From Terriglobia bacterium (GTDB lineage Bacteria > Acidobacteriota > Terriglobia > 20CM-2-55-15): DNA of 59,833 bases. This document shows, piece by piece, positions 42,133 through 52,053 of the stretch; within the stretch, counting starts at the first letter, position 1; each line of letters begins with the position of its first letter. The position numbers were made by a program, and so were the translations under genes. The notes beneath the pieces were generated by a model, which saw only the letters and a program-made list of their open reading frames with translations, was not told the DNA's origin and made no database searches. The stretch is taken from assembly GCA_041481485.1 (NCBI GenBank), contig JBGPBY010000001.1, forward strand, positions 1-59,833. Reading direction: 5' to 3'.

Positions 42133-43371
42133 TTGAACCCTAAGGGCAAGTACGCAATACTGCTCCTTTCTTCCATATTAGTAACTTATGCCATCGTTGG
42201 CGGAAAGCTCCTGCATCAGGTGAGCGCGCAGGATGGCATGTATCGTCAGCTATCATTATTTAACGAAGTTCTTCATAAGGTTCAGGACGATTACGTTGAC
42301 GCGCCATCCACTCCGAATGCCATAACCGGCGCAATCCGCGGTCTCATCGAAACTGTCGATCCCGAAGGTGGTTATCTGAGCGCCAAGGACGTTGCCTTCT
42401 ACAAAAGCTTCGATCCCCTGAAGACTCCGGGAATTGGCGTGATTCTTGGCAGGACCCGTCTCGGATATCCGGTCATACTTTCCGTCCTGCCCGACGGCCC
42501 TGGGCAAAAAGCGGGACTGATGGCAGGGGACATGATTGAGGCCATCGATGGTCTCCCGACCCGCGAAATGAATCTTGTTCAAGTCGATGGTTTTCTGGCA
42601 AATCCGCCCGATAAACCAGCAACACTTACCGTAATTCGCCGCAACACCGCCAAACCGGAATCCGTGATGATCACACGCGGAATTGTGAATGCGCCGCCGG
42701 TGAACGGTAAGATGCTTGAAAACAATATCGCTTACGTTCATGTGCCGATTCTGACCCAAGGTAAGGCAGCTGAGGCTCGGAAGGATATCGACAATCTTTT
42801 AAAGAGTGGCGCAACGAGCATTATTCTGGATCTCAGAGCCAGTGCAGGCGGAGATGAAGCCGAGGGAATTGCGCTTGCAAATCTCTTTCTGGACTCCGGT
42901 ACGATAGGCTACGCACAGGGTCAAAAATCTGAAAAACGCACTTTGACGGTCGATCCCCAGGCCGCTTTAACGAAGGCGCCCCTGGCTGTTCTTGTGAACG
43001 AATGGACTTCGGGTCCGGCAGAACTGATCGCAGGAGCCATTCGGGACAGCAAACGCGGTCAGGTCGTTGGCAAAACGACCTTCGGCAATGGTTCCGTGCA
43101 AAAGCTGATTCCAATGGACGACGGATCCGCATTGCTGATTGCGGTTGCTCGCTACTACACACCTTCCGGCAAGGTCATTGAAGAAACCGGAATTGACCCG
43201 CAGGTTGCCGTCGAAGCACAGGAAGAAGAGAAGCTCAATTTAAGTTCCGATCAGGAAATCGAGATTCCGGTCGCTCCGAAGAAAAACACTCCTGCATCGG
43301 ACGAGGATCGCCAGCTGAAGAAGGCGATTGAGATTCTCAAAGATCCTCAGGCGGCACGAAAACCAGCTTAA
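42133..43371 (+). CDS. S41 (C-terminal processing peptidase) family homolog with PDZ domain; catalytic dyad apparently substituted
   Basis: The TTG at 42133 lies 5 nt after GGAGG (ORF open from 42031 but overlapping ruvX). PDZ domain GLMAGDMIEAIDG. S41 core LDLRASAGG, VLVNEWTSGPAELIAGAI and TTFGNGSVQ. Confidence 0.8.
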   Translation: MNPKGKYAILLLSSILVTYAIVGGKLLHQVSAQDGMYRQLSLFNEVLHKVQDDYVDAPSTPNAITGAIRGLIETVDPEGGYLSAKDVAFYKSFDPLKTPGIGVILGRTRLGYPVILSVLPDGPGQKAGLMAGDMIEAIDGLPTREMNLVQVDGFLANPPDKPATLTVIRRNTAKPESVMITRGIVNAPPVNGKMLENNIAYVHVPILTQGKAAEARKDIDNLLKSGATSIILDLRASAGGDEAEGIALANLFLDSGTIGYAQGQKSEKRTLTVDPQAALTKAPLAVLVNEWTSGPAELIAGAIRDSKRGQVVGKTTFGNGSVQKLIPMDDGSALLIAVARYYTPSGKVIEETGIDPQVAVEAQEEEKLNLSSDQEIEIPVAPKKNTPASDEDRQLKKAIEILKDPQAARKPA

Positions 43372-43379
43372 GTTCGCGG

Positions 43380-45242
43380 GTGCTTGTTCAGTTCAGCGGC
43401 GTTTACAAATCGTATGGCGCCCAGTCCATCATTCAGAACGCGACCTTCCAGATTAATCCCGGCGAAAAGATAGGTCTCATCGGATCCAATGGATCGGGAA
43501 AAACGACCCTTCTTAGAATTCTAGGGAAGCAGCTTGAGCCGGATGGCGGAGTTGTACATCGCAGAAATGGCCTCAGGACAGGCACCCTCGAACAGATTCC
43601 CGATTTTCACGACGCCACAACGGTGTTGGAAGAAGCCCTTCGATCGTTTGAAGCGCTGACAAAGGTCGAACAGGAACTGCAGCATCTGGAACATGAGATG
43701 GCCAATCACTCTCATCCAGAATTTCTCGACCGCTATGCCACACTGCAGCATGAATTCGAACATCAGGGCGGATACCGCTTTCGTTCACTGACTGAGACTG
43801 CACTTCTCGGCGTCGGGTTCACTCGCGATAAGCTGAATCAGGATACCCGCTCTCTTTCCGGCGGCGAGAAAAACCGTCTCGCATTGGCGAAACTCCTGCT
43901 TTCGGAGGCAGAACTTCTGCTGCTGGACGAACCGACCAATCACCTCGATATCCGATCGATCGAATGGCTTGAAAAATTTCTCAACGATACACCGAAGACC
44001 GTTGTGGTTGTGTCGCACGACCGAATCTTTCTGGACCGTGTTGTCCGGCGGATTTTGGAAATTGACCGGACACGAGTCAGCGACTATCCGGGAAACTACT
44101 CTGCATATGCGCGCGAGCGCGAACAGCGTATGGCCCGCCAGCAGAAGGAATGGGCGCTTCAGCAACAATGGATCGCCGACCAGGAAGACTATATTCGACG
44201 AAACCTTGCGGGACAAAAAACCAAGCAGGCTCAATCCAGACGAAAACTTCTCGCTCGTGTGCAGCGGATCGAAAAGCCGGCGACCGATTCAGACCGCGTG
44301 AAATTCCGATTCAAGACCATAGAACGCGGCAGCCGGCATGTGCTTCGAACGGAAGATCTCGCAATTGGATACGACAAACCTCTGCTCGAAAACCTCCAAT
44401 TTCGAGTGGAGCGCGGCGAACGTTGGGCAATTCTCGGCGCCAACGGTTCAGGAAAGACAACGTTGTTGCGAACCCTCACGGGTGAAATTCCTCCAATTTC
44501 GGGACTCATGGAAAGCAGCGACGGCCTCGAGGCCGGTTATTACGATCAGCAGCTGTCTGGTCTGAGTCCCAGTGCCACAGTCATGGAGGAAATGCGCAGC
44601 CTCGACATCGCACCTACCGACGAAGAACTGCGGAGCTGGCTCGCCATGTTCTTGTTCAGCGGCGATGATGTTTTCAAATCGGTTTCAGACCTGAGCGGAG
44701 GCGAAAAGTCGAGATTGGCTCTGGCAAAGATCATCTATCAGAGTCCTCCGCTGCTTGCCCTGGACGAACCAACGAATCATCTCGATATCGCGTCACGCGA
44801 AGCGCTCGAAGCGGCATTGGTAGATTTTCCCGGAACCATTCTATTCGTGACGCACGATCGCTATTTGACCCAAAAAATCGCGTCGCACCTGCTGTATATC
44901 GAAGGCCGGCGGGGATACACATTCGACCAGCTGTCCGCGTTCGAGGAATGGTTGGCTGAGCGCCCGAGGAGTTCTCAGGATTCACTTGCAGTCAGGACGG
45001 CAGCTGAACGAAACACCGGGCTGAGCAAGAATCGCCTCGACAAGCTCAAAAATGACGCCGCAAGAATAGAAAAAGCAATTGCCCAGCTGGAGAGCGAACT
45101 GAAAACGCTCGAACAGGAATTTGAAAGTCCGCCGCCCGGCATGGACTGGCAACTTTCGCAGCGCCGGCACACGGAAATACATGAGAAGCTGGAAGAACAC
45201 TACGGAGAACTGGCGGATCGTTGGAAGGAATTGGAACCCTAG
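43380..45242 (+). CDS. ABC-F family ATPase (two ABC domains, no TMD)
   Basis: Two Walker A sites (GSNGSGKTTLL, GANGSGKTTLL) and two signatures (LSGGEKNRLALA, LSGGEKSRLALA). C-terminal coiled coil. Confidence 0.9.
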   Translation: MLVQFSGVYKSYGAQSIIQNATFQINPGEKIGLIGSNGSGKTTLLRILGKQLEPDGGVVHRRNGLRTGTLEQIPDFHDATTVLEEALRSFEALTKVEQELQHLEHEMANHSHPEFLDRYATLQHEFEHQGGYRFRSLTETALLGVGFTRDKLNQDTRSLSGGEKNRLALAKLLLSEAELLLLDEPTNHLDIRSIEWLEKFLNDTPKTVVVVSHDRIFLDRVVRRILEIDRTRVSDYPGNYSAYAREREQRMARQQKEWALQQQWIADQEDYIRRNLAGQKTKQAQSRRKLLARVQRIEKPATDSDRVKFRFKTIERGSRHVLRTEDLAIGYDKPLLENLQFRVERGERWAILGANGSGKTTLLRTLTGEIPPISGLMESSDGLEAGYYDQQLSGLSPSATVMEEMRSLDIAPTDEELRSWLAMFLFSGDDVFKSVSDLSGGEKSRLALAKIIYQSPPLLALDEPTNHLDIASREALEAALVDFPGTILFVTHDRYLTQKIASHLLYIEGRRGYTFDQLSAFEEWLAERPRSSQDSLAVRTAAERNTGLSKNRLDKLKNDAARIEKAIAQLESELKTLEQEFESPPPGMDWQLSQRRHTEIHEKLEEHYGELADRWKELEP

Positions 45243-45266
45243 TTGACAGCGGACCGCATGGGCGGT

Positions 45267-45486
45267 CGCGTTTTCAGCCGCGTTAGCGGCGGCAGGTCCC
45301 TTAGCCACCGGCGTCAGCCCGTGGAATATCAATCCACGAAGAACAAAGTGCCGTAAGGCACGACAGATCCAGTAATTCTCTTGATCTGTCGCCGCTATGC
45401 GGCTCATTTGATTTTTGAACTTGAATTTCCACCGGATGACGCCGGTGGCTAAGGGACTTGTCGCCGCTGCCGCGGCTGAAAACGCG
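45267..45486. repeat. repeat family B (copy B3, diverged/chimeric)
   Basis: CGCGTTTTCAGCCGCGTTAGCGGCGGCAG ... CTTGTCGCCGCTGCCGCGGCTGAAAACGCG termini. Both flank hairpins are of the CCACCGG type and the central hairpin is partly decayed. The track ORF 45415-45789 is a translation artefact of this element. Confidence 0.75.
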
Positions 45487-45560
45487 ACCGGCCGTTCGTC
45501 ACTGGGTCAGGCAAAATCTGGTGGAAATCACGAATTCAAAGTATATTGGAACGCAAATCC

Positions 45561-46883
45561 ATGTTTATCACGAGAAAGCACATTTCCAGACGGACTTTTT
45601 TGCGCGGTACTGGTGTGGCCGTCGCACTGCCATTCCTTGAATCCATGGTCCCGGCCCAGACGCCGCTGGCCAAGTCGGCTGCGGCAGGAAAAACGCGCTT
45701 TACCTGCATCTATGTCCCGCATGGAGCGACCATGTACAAATGGACTCCTGCGACTGAAGGGACCAACTTCGAGATTACTGAAAGCTTGAGCCCGCTGGAG
45801 AAGTATCGCAATCATCTGAACGTCGTGACCAATTTGTTTCACCAGAGTGGGAAGGGCACTGACGCCGGAAGCGAGCATGCGCGTTCTGCAGCAATTTACC
45901 TGACCGGATGTGCTCCCCAGAGAGGGAGCGTAAAGGTCGGTACCAGTGTGGATCAAATTGCAGCGGCGCATATCGGCCAATCCACGCCGCTCCCTTCAAT
46001 GGAGCTTGGTATCGAAGACGCCAACCTGAACTGCGGAGCCAGTTACGGATGCGCTTACTTCAACACGATTTCCTGGCGAACGCCGACGGCCCCCTTGCCA
46101 ATGGAAAACAGCCCACAAGTTGTTTTCGAAAAGCTCTTCGGAGATGGCGGCACGACCACACAGCGTCTCACTCGCAAGCAACAGGATCAGAGTATTCTCG
46201 ATTCAATTCGCCAGCAAACTGCCGGCCTTCAAAAGGGACTGCCGGCCGGCGATCGTCTGCGTCTTGACGGATATCTGGAGGATATTCGAGAGATTGAGCG
46301 TCGTATCAAAACAGTGGTGGATCGTGAAAACAAGGGTTCCACACAAAACATTCCAGATGCACCTGTAGGTACTCCAGAGACCTTTGAAGAACATTTGAAA
46401 CTGATGTTCGACCTTCTCGCCCTGGCATACCAAAGCGAAATGACCCGAGTTTCCTCAGTCATGTTTGCAAAGGACTTGAGTCCCTCAAGTTTCCCCGCGA
46501 GCGGCAATCGCAGCGCTTTTCACGGAGCCTCACATCATGCCAACGTCAAAGCGAACATGGATAGTTTTGCGCTGATCAATAAATACCATGTGCAGATGTT
46601 GGCGTACTTTGCTCAAAAACTCGCGGCACTGCCCGACGGGGATGGAAACCTGCTGGATCATTCATTGATTCTATATGGCAGCAGCATGAGCAATGGAAAT
46701 GAGCATAATCATGACCCGCTTCCCATCCTGTTGCTCGGAGGCGCTTCCGGACAGCTTCGAGGCAATCGGCACATCGTGACGCCCGCGCATACACCCATGT
46801 CCAACCTGCTTTTAAGTCTGCTGGACAAACTCGGAATCCCTCAGGATTCCTTCGGCGACAGCACAGCAAAACTGGAAATTTGA
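45561..46883 (+). CDS. DUF1552 domain protein with Tat-type signal
   Basis: MFITRKHISRRTFLRGTGVAVALPFLESM is the typical DUF1552 N-terminus. The length and the central HSG..../SHH motifs fit the family. Confidence 0.8.
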   Translation: MFITRKHISRRTFLRGTGVAVALPFLESMVPAQTPLAKSAAAGKTRFTCIYVPHGATMYKWTPATEGTNFEITESLSPLEKYRNHLNVVTNLFHQSGKGTDAGSEHARSAAIYLTGCAPQRGSVKVGTSVDQIAAAHIGQSTPLPSMELGIEDANLNCGASYGCAYFNTISWRTPTAPLPMENSPQVVFEKLFGDGGTTTQRLTRKQQDQSILDSIRQQTAGLQKGLPAGDRLRLDGYLEDIREIERRIKTVVDRENKGSTQNIPDAPVGTPETFEEHLKLMFDLLALAYQSEMTRVSSVMFAKDLSPSSFPASGNRSAFHGASHHANVKANMDSFALINKYHVQMLAYFAQKLAALPDGDGNLLDHSLILYGSSMSNGNEHNHDPLPILLLGGASGQLRGNRHIVTPAHTPMSNLLLSLLDKLGIPQDSFGDSTAKLEI

Positions 46884-46978
46884 CTCCAATTTTGGAGCGC
46901 ATTTGAGGCCGAGTCCGCGGAGTGAATCTCCGAGGTGCCGGACTCGGCCATCAGACAACATTGGGTCGATGGCCGGAA

Positions 46979-47572
46979 CTAAATAGCGATGACGATGTCC
47001 GGGAAGCGAACCTGAGTCGAGAACCAGTTCCAGGCGACGCCACTGGATTCCTCCAAAAACCCGAAGGTTTCCTGCGCCGGTGGAACATTCTGAAAAATGA
47101 GAGCCACGCGAACCTGTCCGTTTAGAACCTTTACTCCTGCATTGACGACCGTTCCAGGGCCCGCGTTTCCAACCAAGTTGAAAGTAGACTGGCCGAACAC
47201 CTGTACGGCAAATTCCATAATGTACGTACCAAAGGAAGTGATTCCATATCCGCTCGCCTGGAAATGCATTTGAACGGCAGGTTTTCGCGTTTGGTTCCGC
47301 TTGTCGAAACTGGCAAACGGAGAAGGAGTGTCGACTTGAACGATCGTCGGCGCAATCAGGGTCAGGTTTGTTCGGCCGAGGCCCTTGGTTTTCGTGCAAG
47401 TCAGGGTTTCAATGGGCAGGAACGGAAAAACGAACCTATTTACTGATGCCCCGACCAGCTTGTTGATGTCATTTGCAGATAATTCCGACTTAAATTTGCT
47501 GACATCGATGGTGTGCTTATCGGCAGGCTCAAGTTCACGAACTTTCGCTGCGTTCGAAGTTGGTTTTTTCAT
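46979..47572 (-). CDS. hypothetical protein (orphan, beta-rich, no signal peptide)
   Basis: A 197-aa ORF with ordinary amino-acid composition. The overlapping alternative frame 46812-47399 is Arg/Gly/Cys-rich junk. I recognise no family. Confidence 0.55.
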   Translation of the reverse strand: MKKPTSNAAKVRELEPADKHTIDVSKFKSELSANDINKLVGASVNRFVFPFLPIETLTCTKTKGLGRTNLTLIAPTIVQVDTPSPFASFDKRNQTRKPAVQMHFQASGYGITSFGTYIMEFAVQVFGQSTFNLVGNAGPGTVVNAGVKVLNGQVRVALIFQNVPPAQETFGFLEESSGVAWNWFSTQVRFPDIVIAI

Positions 47573-47717
47573 GAGAGGATCCGCCTTTCAAAAAAGTGAA
47601 GTCCACAAATTCACAGTGAGTGCAAAACAGGCAATATCCCGCCGAATCAGTCTAACTCTCATCAATCCGCGTGCGATAGTCTGAAACCCCTCGTCTCTGG
47701 TTATAATGTAGAGTTCC

Positions 47718-50489
47718 ATGTCACATGGCATCCAATTCATAACTGTTCGGGGCGCGCGTCAGCACAACCTGAAAGATGTCAACGTTGAGATTCCGCGCAA
47801 CAAGCTGACGGTCATTACCGGTTTGAGCGGGTCCGGCAAGTCCAGTCTTGCCTTCGATACGATTTATGCCGAAGGCCAGCGCCGCTACGTCGAATCGCTG
47901 TCTGCTTACGCCAGACAGTTTCTGGATCGCCTGGAGCCTCCGGACGTGGACTCCATAGAGGGCTTGTCGCCGGCAATCTCCATTGAACAGAAAACCGCAT
48001 CCCGCAGCCCGCGATCGACAGTCGGTACGGTCACTGAAATTTACGATTATCTGCGTTTGTTGTTCTCGTCAGTCGGTGTCCCTCACTGCCCGGAATGCGG
48101 TAAGGCGATTTCAAAACAAACCCCGGATCAGATAGTTCGTCACGTAAAGTCGCTGCCCGAAAGTGAACGCGTGATGGTGCTTGCTCCTATCGTTCGTGGC
48201 CGGAAGGGAGAATTTAAAAAGCAACTTCAGGACCTGGCAAAAAGCGGCTATGTTCGCGCCAGAATTGATGGCGTCCTGCACAATCTGGATGAACCGATCA
48301 ATCTCGATAAGAAGCGAAATCACACGATTGAAGTGGTTGTCGACCGATTGCTCATCAAGAAGGATATCGACCGGCGTCTTGAAGCTTCAGTGGAACAGGC
48401 AACAAAGCTGGCTCAGGGGGTAGTGCTCATCGCTGTCGTCGATGGAGAGGAACGGCTGTATTCCGAACGAATGGCCTGTGTGGACTGCGGAATCAGTATT
48501 CCATCCATTGAACCGCGTGTCTTTTCCTTTAACAGCGTCTATGGCGCCTGCCCGACGTGCAGTGGGTTAGGAGTCAAATTTGATTTCGATCCATCCCGCA
48601 TTGTGATCGATCGTGCGAAACCATTGCTGCAGGGTGGACTCGCAGTTACCAATACCTGGCTGGACGATGAATTGGAAGCACATATCCGGAAGATCACATC
48701 CGCCCTCGACGCCGAACCAGGAATGGCGTTCGAACAATATCCTGCAAAGATTCAACATGCATTGCTATACGGCGTGCGAGAGAAAGGAAAACGGGTCGAA
48801 GGAATTATGGATTTTCTCGCATCCAGAAATGATCCCGATAGCCCGATCGCCGAAGATCTTGCCGCATTCATGGTGACGCGGCCATGCGGATCCTGCGGCG
48901 GCTCGCGCCTGAAACCGGAGAGCCTCGCCATTCGGGTGGCAAATCGAACGATTGCGGAAGTGGCCCGATGGCCGATTACGGAAGCCCTGACGTTTTTCAA
49001 TGGCCTGGAACTGGGAGCCCGGGAGAATCTTATCGCCGGAAGAATCATCCAGGAAATTCGCGATCGGCTGGAATTTCTGGACAACGTTGGCTTGAGTTAT
49101 CTCAGCCTCGAACGTTCCGCAAATACGTTGTCCGGAGGCGAGAGCCAGCGTATCCGGCTCGCCACGCAAATTGGCTCGCGCTTACGGGGCGTTCTCTACG
49201 TGTTGGACGAACCGTCTATTGGACTTCATCACAAAGACAATGCGCGTTTGCTGGCCACGCTGGAGGAACTCCGCGATCTTGGAAATACCGTCATTGTCGT
49301 CGAACACGATGAAGAAACGATACGCCGAGCCGATTATGTTATCGATCTCGGCCCCGGCGCGGGAACTCAGGGGGGCCGGCTGGTGGCATCGGGAAGCCCG
49401 GCAATGATTTCTGAGAATTCCGAAAGTCTGACCGGACACTATCTCTCGCACCGGATGAAGATTCCCATTCCGGCCAAACGCCGTTCGATGAATCACAAGG
49501 CGGTAACAATCCGTGGCGCTACAGAACACAACCTGCAGAATATTGACGTCTCGTTTCCAATTGGATTGATGACGGTGGTTACGGGAGTTTCAGGTTCGGG
49601 GAAATCCACACTCGTTAACGAGATTCTCTATAAGGCCCTCGCCCGAAAAATCTACCGGTCGATTGACGATCCGGGTGCACACAAGGGAATTGACGGATTG
49701 GATCTGATCGACAAAGTCATCGAAATCGATCAATCTCCGATTGGCCGCACGCCACGATCGAATCCGGCGACCTACACGGGAGTTTTCACGCCGATTCGCG
49801 AACTATACGCAATGCTCCCGGAATCCCGGGCACGAGGTTACAAAGCTGGCCGATTCAGTTTCAACGTGAAGGGCGGCCGCTGTGAAGCGTGCCAGGGCGA
49901 TGGACTGCGGAAAATTGAAATGAGTTTTCTGCCAAACGTCTATGTCACCTGCGAAGTTTGCCGCGGCCGGCGGTACAACAGTGAAACACTGTCGATCGAA
50001 TATAAAGGCCATTCGATCAGTGCCCTGCTGAATTCCACCGTCGCGGATGCATTGCCAATACTTGAAAACATTCCGCAGGTTCAGGCAAAGCTGCAGACAT
50101 TGGTAGATGTCGGCCTCGGCTACATCGGGCTGGGTCAATCGTCGACCACTCTTTCCGGCGGTGAAGCCCAGCGAATCAAACTTGCGAAGGAACTGAGCAA
50201 ACGGGCTACCGGAAAGACTCTCTACATCCTCGACGAACCGACTACGGGCCTTCACTTTGACGACGTGCAAAAACTGCTGCACGTTCTCAACCGATTGACA
50301 GACCTCGGCAACACGGTGATTATTATTGAACATCATCTGGATGTAATTAAAACTGCCGACTGGGTGATCGATCTGGGCCCTGGGGGCGGAGCTCAGGGAG
50401 GGACCGTGATGGCGGCAGGTACACCGGAACAGGTCGCAGACGTATTGAAATCTTACACGGGGCAGGCTCTGGCGCAAGTTTTGAAATGA
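47718..50489 (+). CDS. uvrA: excinuclease ABC subunit A
   Basis: GARQHNLK...[14 protein letters not shown]. Zinc-finger Cys clusters. Second ABC domain [11 protein letters not shown] and two LSGGE signatures. Confidence 0.95.
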   Translation: MSHGIQFITVRGARQHNLKDVNVEIPRNKLTVITGLSGSGKSSLAFDTIYAEGQRRYVESLSAYARQFLDRLEPPDVDSIEGLSPAISIEQKTASRSPRSTVGTVTEIYDYLRLLFSSVGVPHCPECGKAISKQTPDQIVRHVKSLPESERVMVLAPIVRGRKGEFKKQLQDLAKSGYVRARIDGVLHNLDEPINLDKKRNHTIEVVVDRLLIKKDIDRRLEASVEQATKLAQGVVLIAVVDGEERLYSERMACVDCGISIPSIEPRVFSFNSVYGACPTCSGLGVKFDFDPSRIVIDRAKPLLQGGLAVTNTWLDDELEAHIRKITSALDAEPGMAFEQYPAKIQHALLYGVREKGKRVEGIMDFLASRNDPDSPIAEDLAAFMVTRPCGSCGGSRLKPESLAIRVANRTIAEVARWPITEALTFFNGLELGARENLIAGRIIQEIRDRLEFLDNVGLSYLSLERSANTLSGGESQRIRLATQIGSRLRGVLYVLDEPSIGLHHKDNARLLATLEELRDLGNTVIVVEHDEETIRRADYVIDLGPGAGTQGGRLVASGSPAMISENSESLTGHYLSHRMKIPIPAKRRSMNHKAVTIRGATEHNLQNIDVSFPIGLMTVVTGVSGSGKSTLVNEILYKALARKIYRSIDDPGAHKGIDGLDLIDKVIEIDQSPIGRTPRSNPATYTGVFTPIRELYAMLPESRARGYKAGRFSFNVKGGRCEACQGDGLRKIEMSFLPNVYVTCEVCRGRRYNSETLSIEYKGHSISALLNSTVADALPILENIPQVQAKLQTLVDVGLGYIGLGQSSTTLSGGEAQRIKLAKELSKRATGKTLYILDEPTTGLHFDDVQKLLHVLNRLTDLGNTVIIIEHHLDVIKTADWVIDLGPGGGAQGGTVMAAGTPEQVADVLKSYTGQALAQVLK

Positions 50490-51082
50490 AAAGCCACATT
50501 GGTTTGATTGCAACCCTTGCGTCGGAAAGTGCGCTCGTGAAATCCGCATTCTTTGAGCAAAACGCTGAAAGGATCGCGGAAGCGGCCGGCGTCATTGCCA
50601 CGGCATTCCGCAGTGGACGCAAAGTGCTGATATTCGGAAATGGAGGCAGCGCCGCCGATGCCCAGCACATTGCCTCCGAGTTTGTTGGCCGCTTTGTCCC
50701 GAATCGGCGGGCCCTCCCGGCAATATCACTCGCGGCAGATATATCTGCAATGACTGCCCTTGCAAATGACTATGGGTATGAATTCGTGTTCTCTCGCCAG
50801 ATTGAAGCGCTTGGTATTTCCGGGGATGTCGCCATTGGAATTTCAACAAGCGGAAATTCTGCCAATGTCCTCCATGCGCTGGATACCGCGCGAAAAACGG
50901 GCTTACGCACCATAGGCTTCACGGGTGCGGGAGGCGGCAAGATGACAGGACAAGCGGAGATTCTTTTTTGCGTCCCAAGCAAGGTGACACCGAGAATTCA
51001 GGAGACTCATCTCACCCTGGCGCACATCTTGTGTGAGATCGTGGATCGCGAGCTATTTCCCGAAGCCTGGACGAACCAATAA
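50486..51082 (+). CDS. gmhA: D-sedoheptulose 7-phosphate isomerase (SIS domain)
   Basis: [11 protein letters not shown]...E...R...R..LPA..L.......TA..ND..Y...F..Q........GD....ISTSGNS.N. ATGA overlap with the uvrA stop. Confidence 0.85.
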   Translation: MKSHIGLIATLASESALVKSAFFEQNAERIAEAAGVIATAFRSGRKVLIFGNGGSAADAQHIASEFVGRFVPNRRALPAISLAADISAMTALANDYGYEFVFSRQIEALGISGDVAIGISTSGNSANVLHALDTARKTGLRTIGFTGAGGGKMTGQAEILFCVPSKVTPRIQETHLTLAHILCEIVDRELFPEAWTNQ

Positions 51083-51084
51083 TT

Positions 51085-52050
51085 GTGGAATCCCGTTACC
51101 CTATTCGACCCATCGATTTATCTGGCGTCTCCACTTACCCTCTGGCCGACCGCCAGAGCAAAGTGCATTCCGGAATGTTCGGCAAGCCGCTTGACGGTTC
51201 AGATTCCATTCCAGCTTTCATTGCAAAACTTCCCAAAATCCTTGCAGCCGAAGATCTGCGCATACTAATTCGGGCAATACTCTATGCGCGAGCAACCGGA
51301 CGGCCCATTGTCTGGGGAATGGGCGGACATGTTATCAAGGTTGGCCTCGGTCCCGTGATTAACGATCTGATCGACAACGGCTTCGTTACCGCTATCGCAC
51401 TGAACGGTTCAGCAGCAATTCATGATTTTGAGGTGGCGCTTGCCGGATCGACTTCGGAAGAAGTTTCCGCTGGCCTGGGATCGGGAAAATTCGGCATGGC
51501 GCACGAAACTGGAGCCTTAATGAATGCCGCAATCAACAACGCCGCGGGAAAAGGCATTGGCATGGGAGAAGCGCTTGGAAATCTGATTGTAAACGGCGTC
51601 TCCGGAACAAAGTTTCCGTATCAGGAAATCAGTATTCTTGCGCGCGCATACAACAATCGCATTCCTGTAACCGTTCACGTGGCACTGGGCACTGACATTA
51701 TTCACGCTCACCCGGAAGCTTCGGGCAAGGCGACAGGCGAAGCCAGCCAGCATGATTTCCGTCTCTTTTGCACGGTAGTGCGGGAACTCAACGGCGGCGG
51801 CGTCTATCTGAATGTCGGCTCGGCCGTACTGCTGCCTGAAGTGTTTCTGAAAGCCATTTCCGTTGTCCGGAATCTCGGAAATACGCTGGAGGAATTCACA
51901 ACCGCAAATCTCGACTTTATTCAGCACTATCGACCGGCACAAAATGTTCTCAAACGGCCAACCCAACATAGCGGTCAGTCAGTCGCTTTGACGGGGCATC
52001 ATGAAATCATGATTCCGCTGATTGCGGCGGCGTTGAAGGGCTCGTTGTAA
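51085..52050 (+). CDS. conserved hypothetical protein, possibly deoxyhypusine-synthase-like fold
   Basis: The 321-aa ORF has a GTG start 2 nt after the gmhA stop. The segment GMGGHVIKVGLGPVINDLIDNGFVTAIALNGSAAIHDFEVAL loosely resembles the DHS-family Rossmann segment. The family call comes from memory only. Confidence 0.6.
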   Translation: MESRYPIRPIDLSGVSTYPLADRQSKVHSGMFGKPLDGSDSIPAFIAKLPKILAAEDLRILIRAILYARATGRPIVWGMGGHVIKVGLGPVINDLIDNGFVTAIALNGSAAIHDFEVALAGSTSEEVSAGLGSGKFGMAHETGALMNAAINNAAGKGIGMGEALGNLIVNGVSGTKFPYQEISILARAYNNRIPVTVHVALGTDIIHAHPEASGKATGEASQHDFRLFCTVVRELNGGGVYLNVGSAVLLPEVFLKAISVVRNLGNTLEEFTTANLDFIQHYRPAQNVLKRPTQHSGQSVALTGHHEIMIPLIAAALKGSL

Positions 52051-52053
52051 CGC

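Noticed and set aside
45251-45269. GCGGACCGC-ATGG-GCGGTCGC hairpin right after the ABC-F stop as a family A fragment or terminator
   Set aside because: The stem is imperfect (7-8 bp with a mismatch), there is no U-tract, and only the GCGGTC core resembles family A. The evidence is insufficient.
46812-47399. 195-aa alternative-frame ORF overlapping the 197-aa hypothetical gene
   Set aside because: The translation is dominated by R/G/C/S and looks non-coding. The 46979-47572 frame has balanced composition.
47573-47717. Search for a LexA/SOS box upstream of uvrA
   Set aside because: I could not find a convincing palindrome of any LexA-box type I know (CTGT-N8-ACAG, GAAC-N4-GTTC, TGCNC-N4-GTGCA). 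GTGAGTGCA at about 47617-47625 matches only a half-site.
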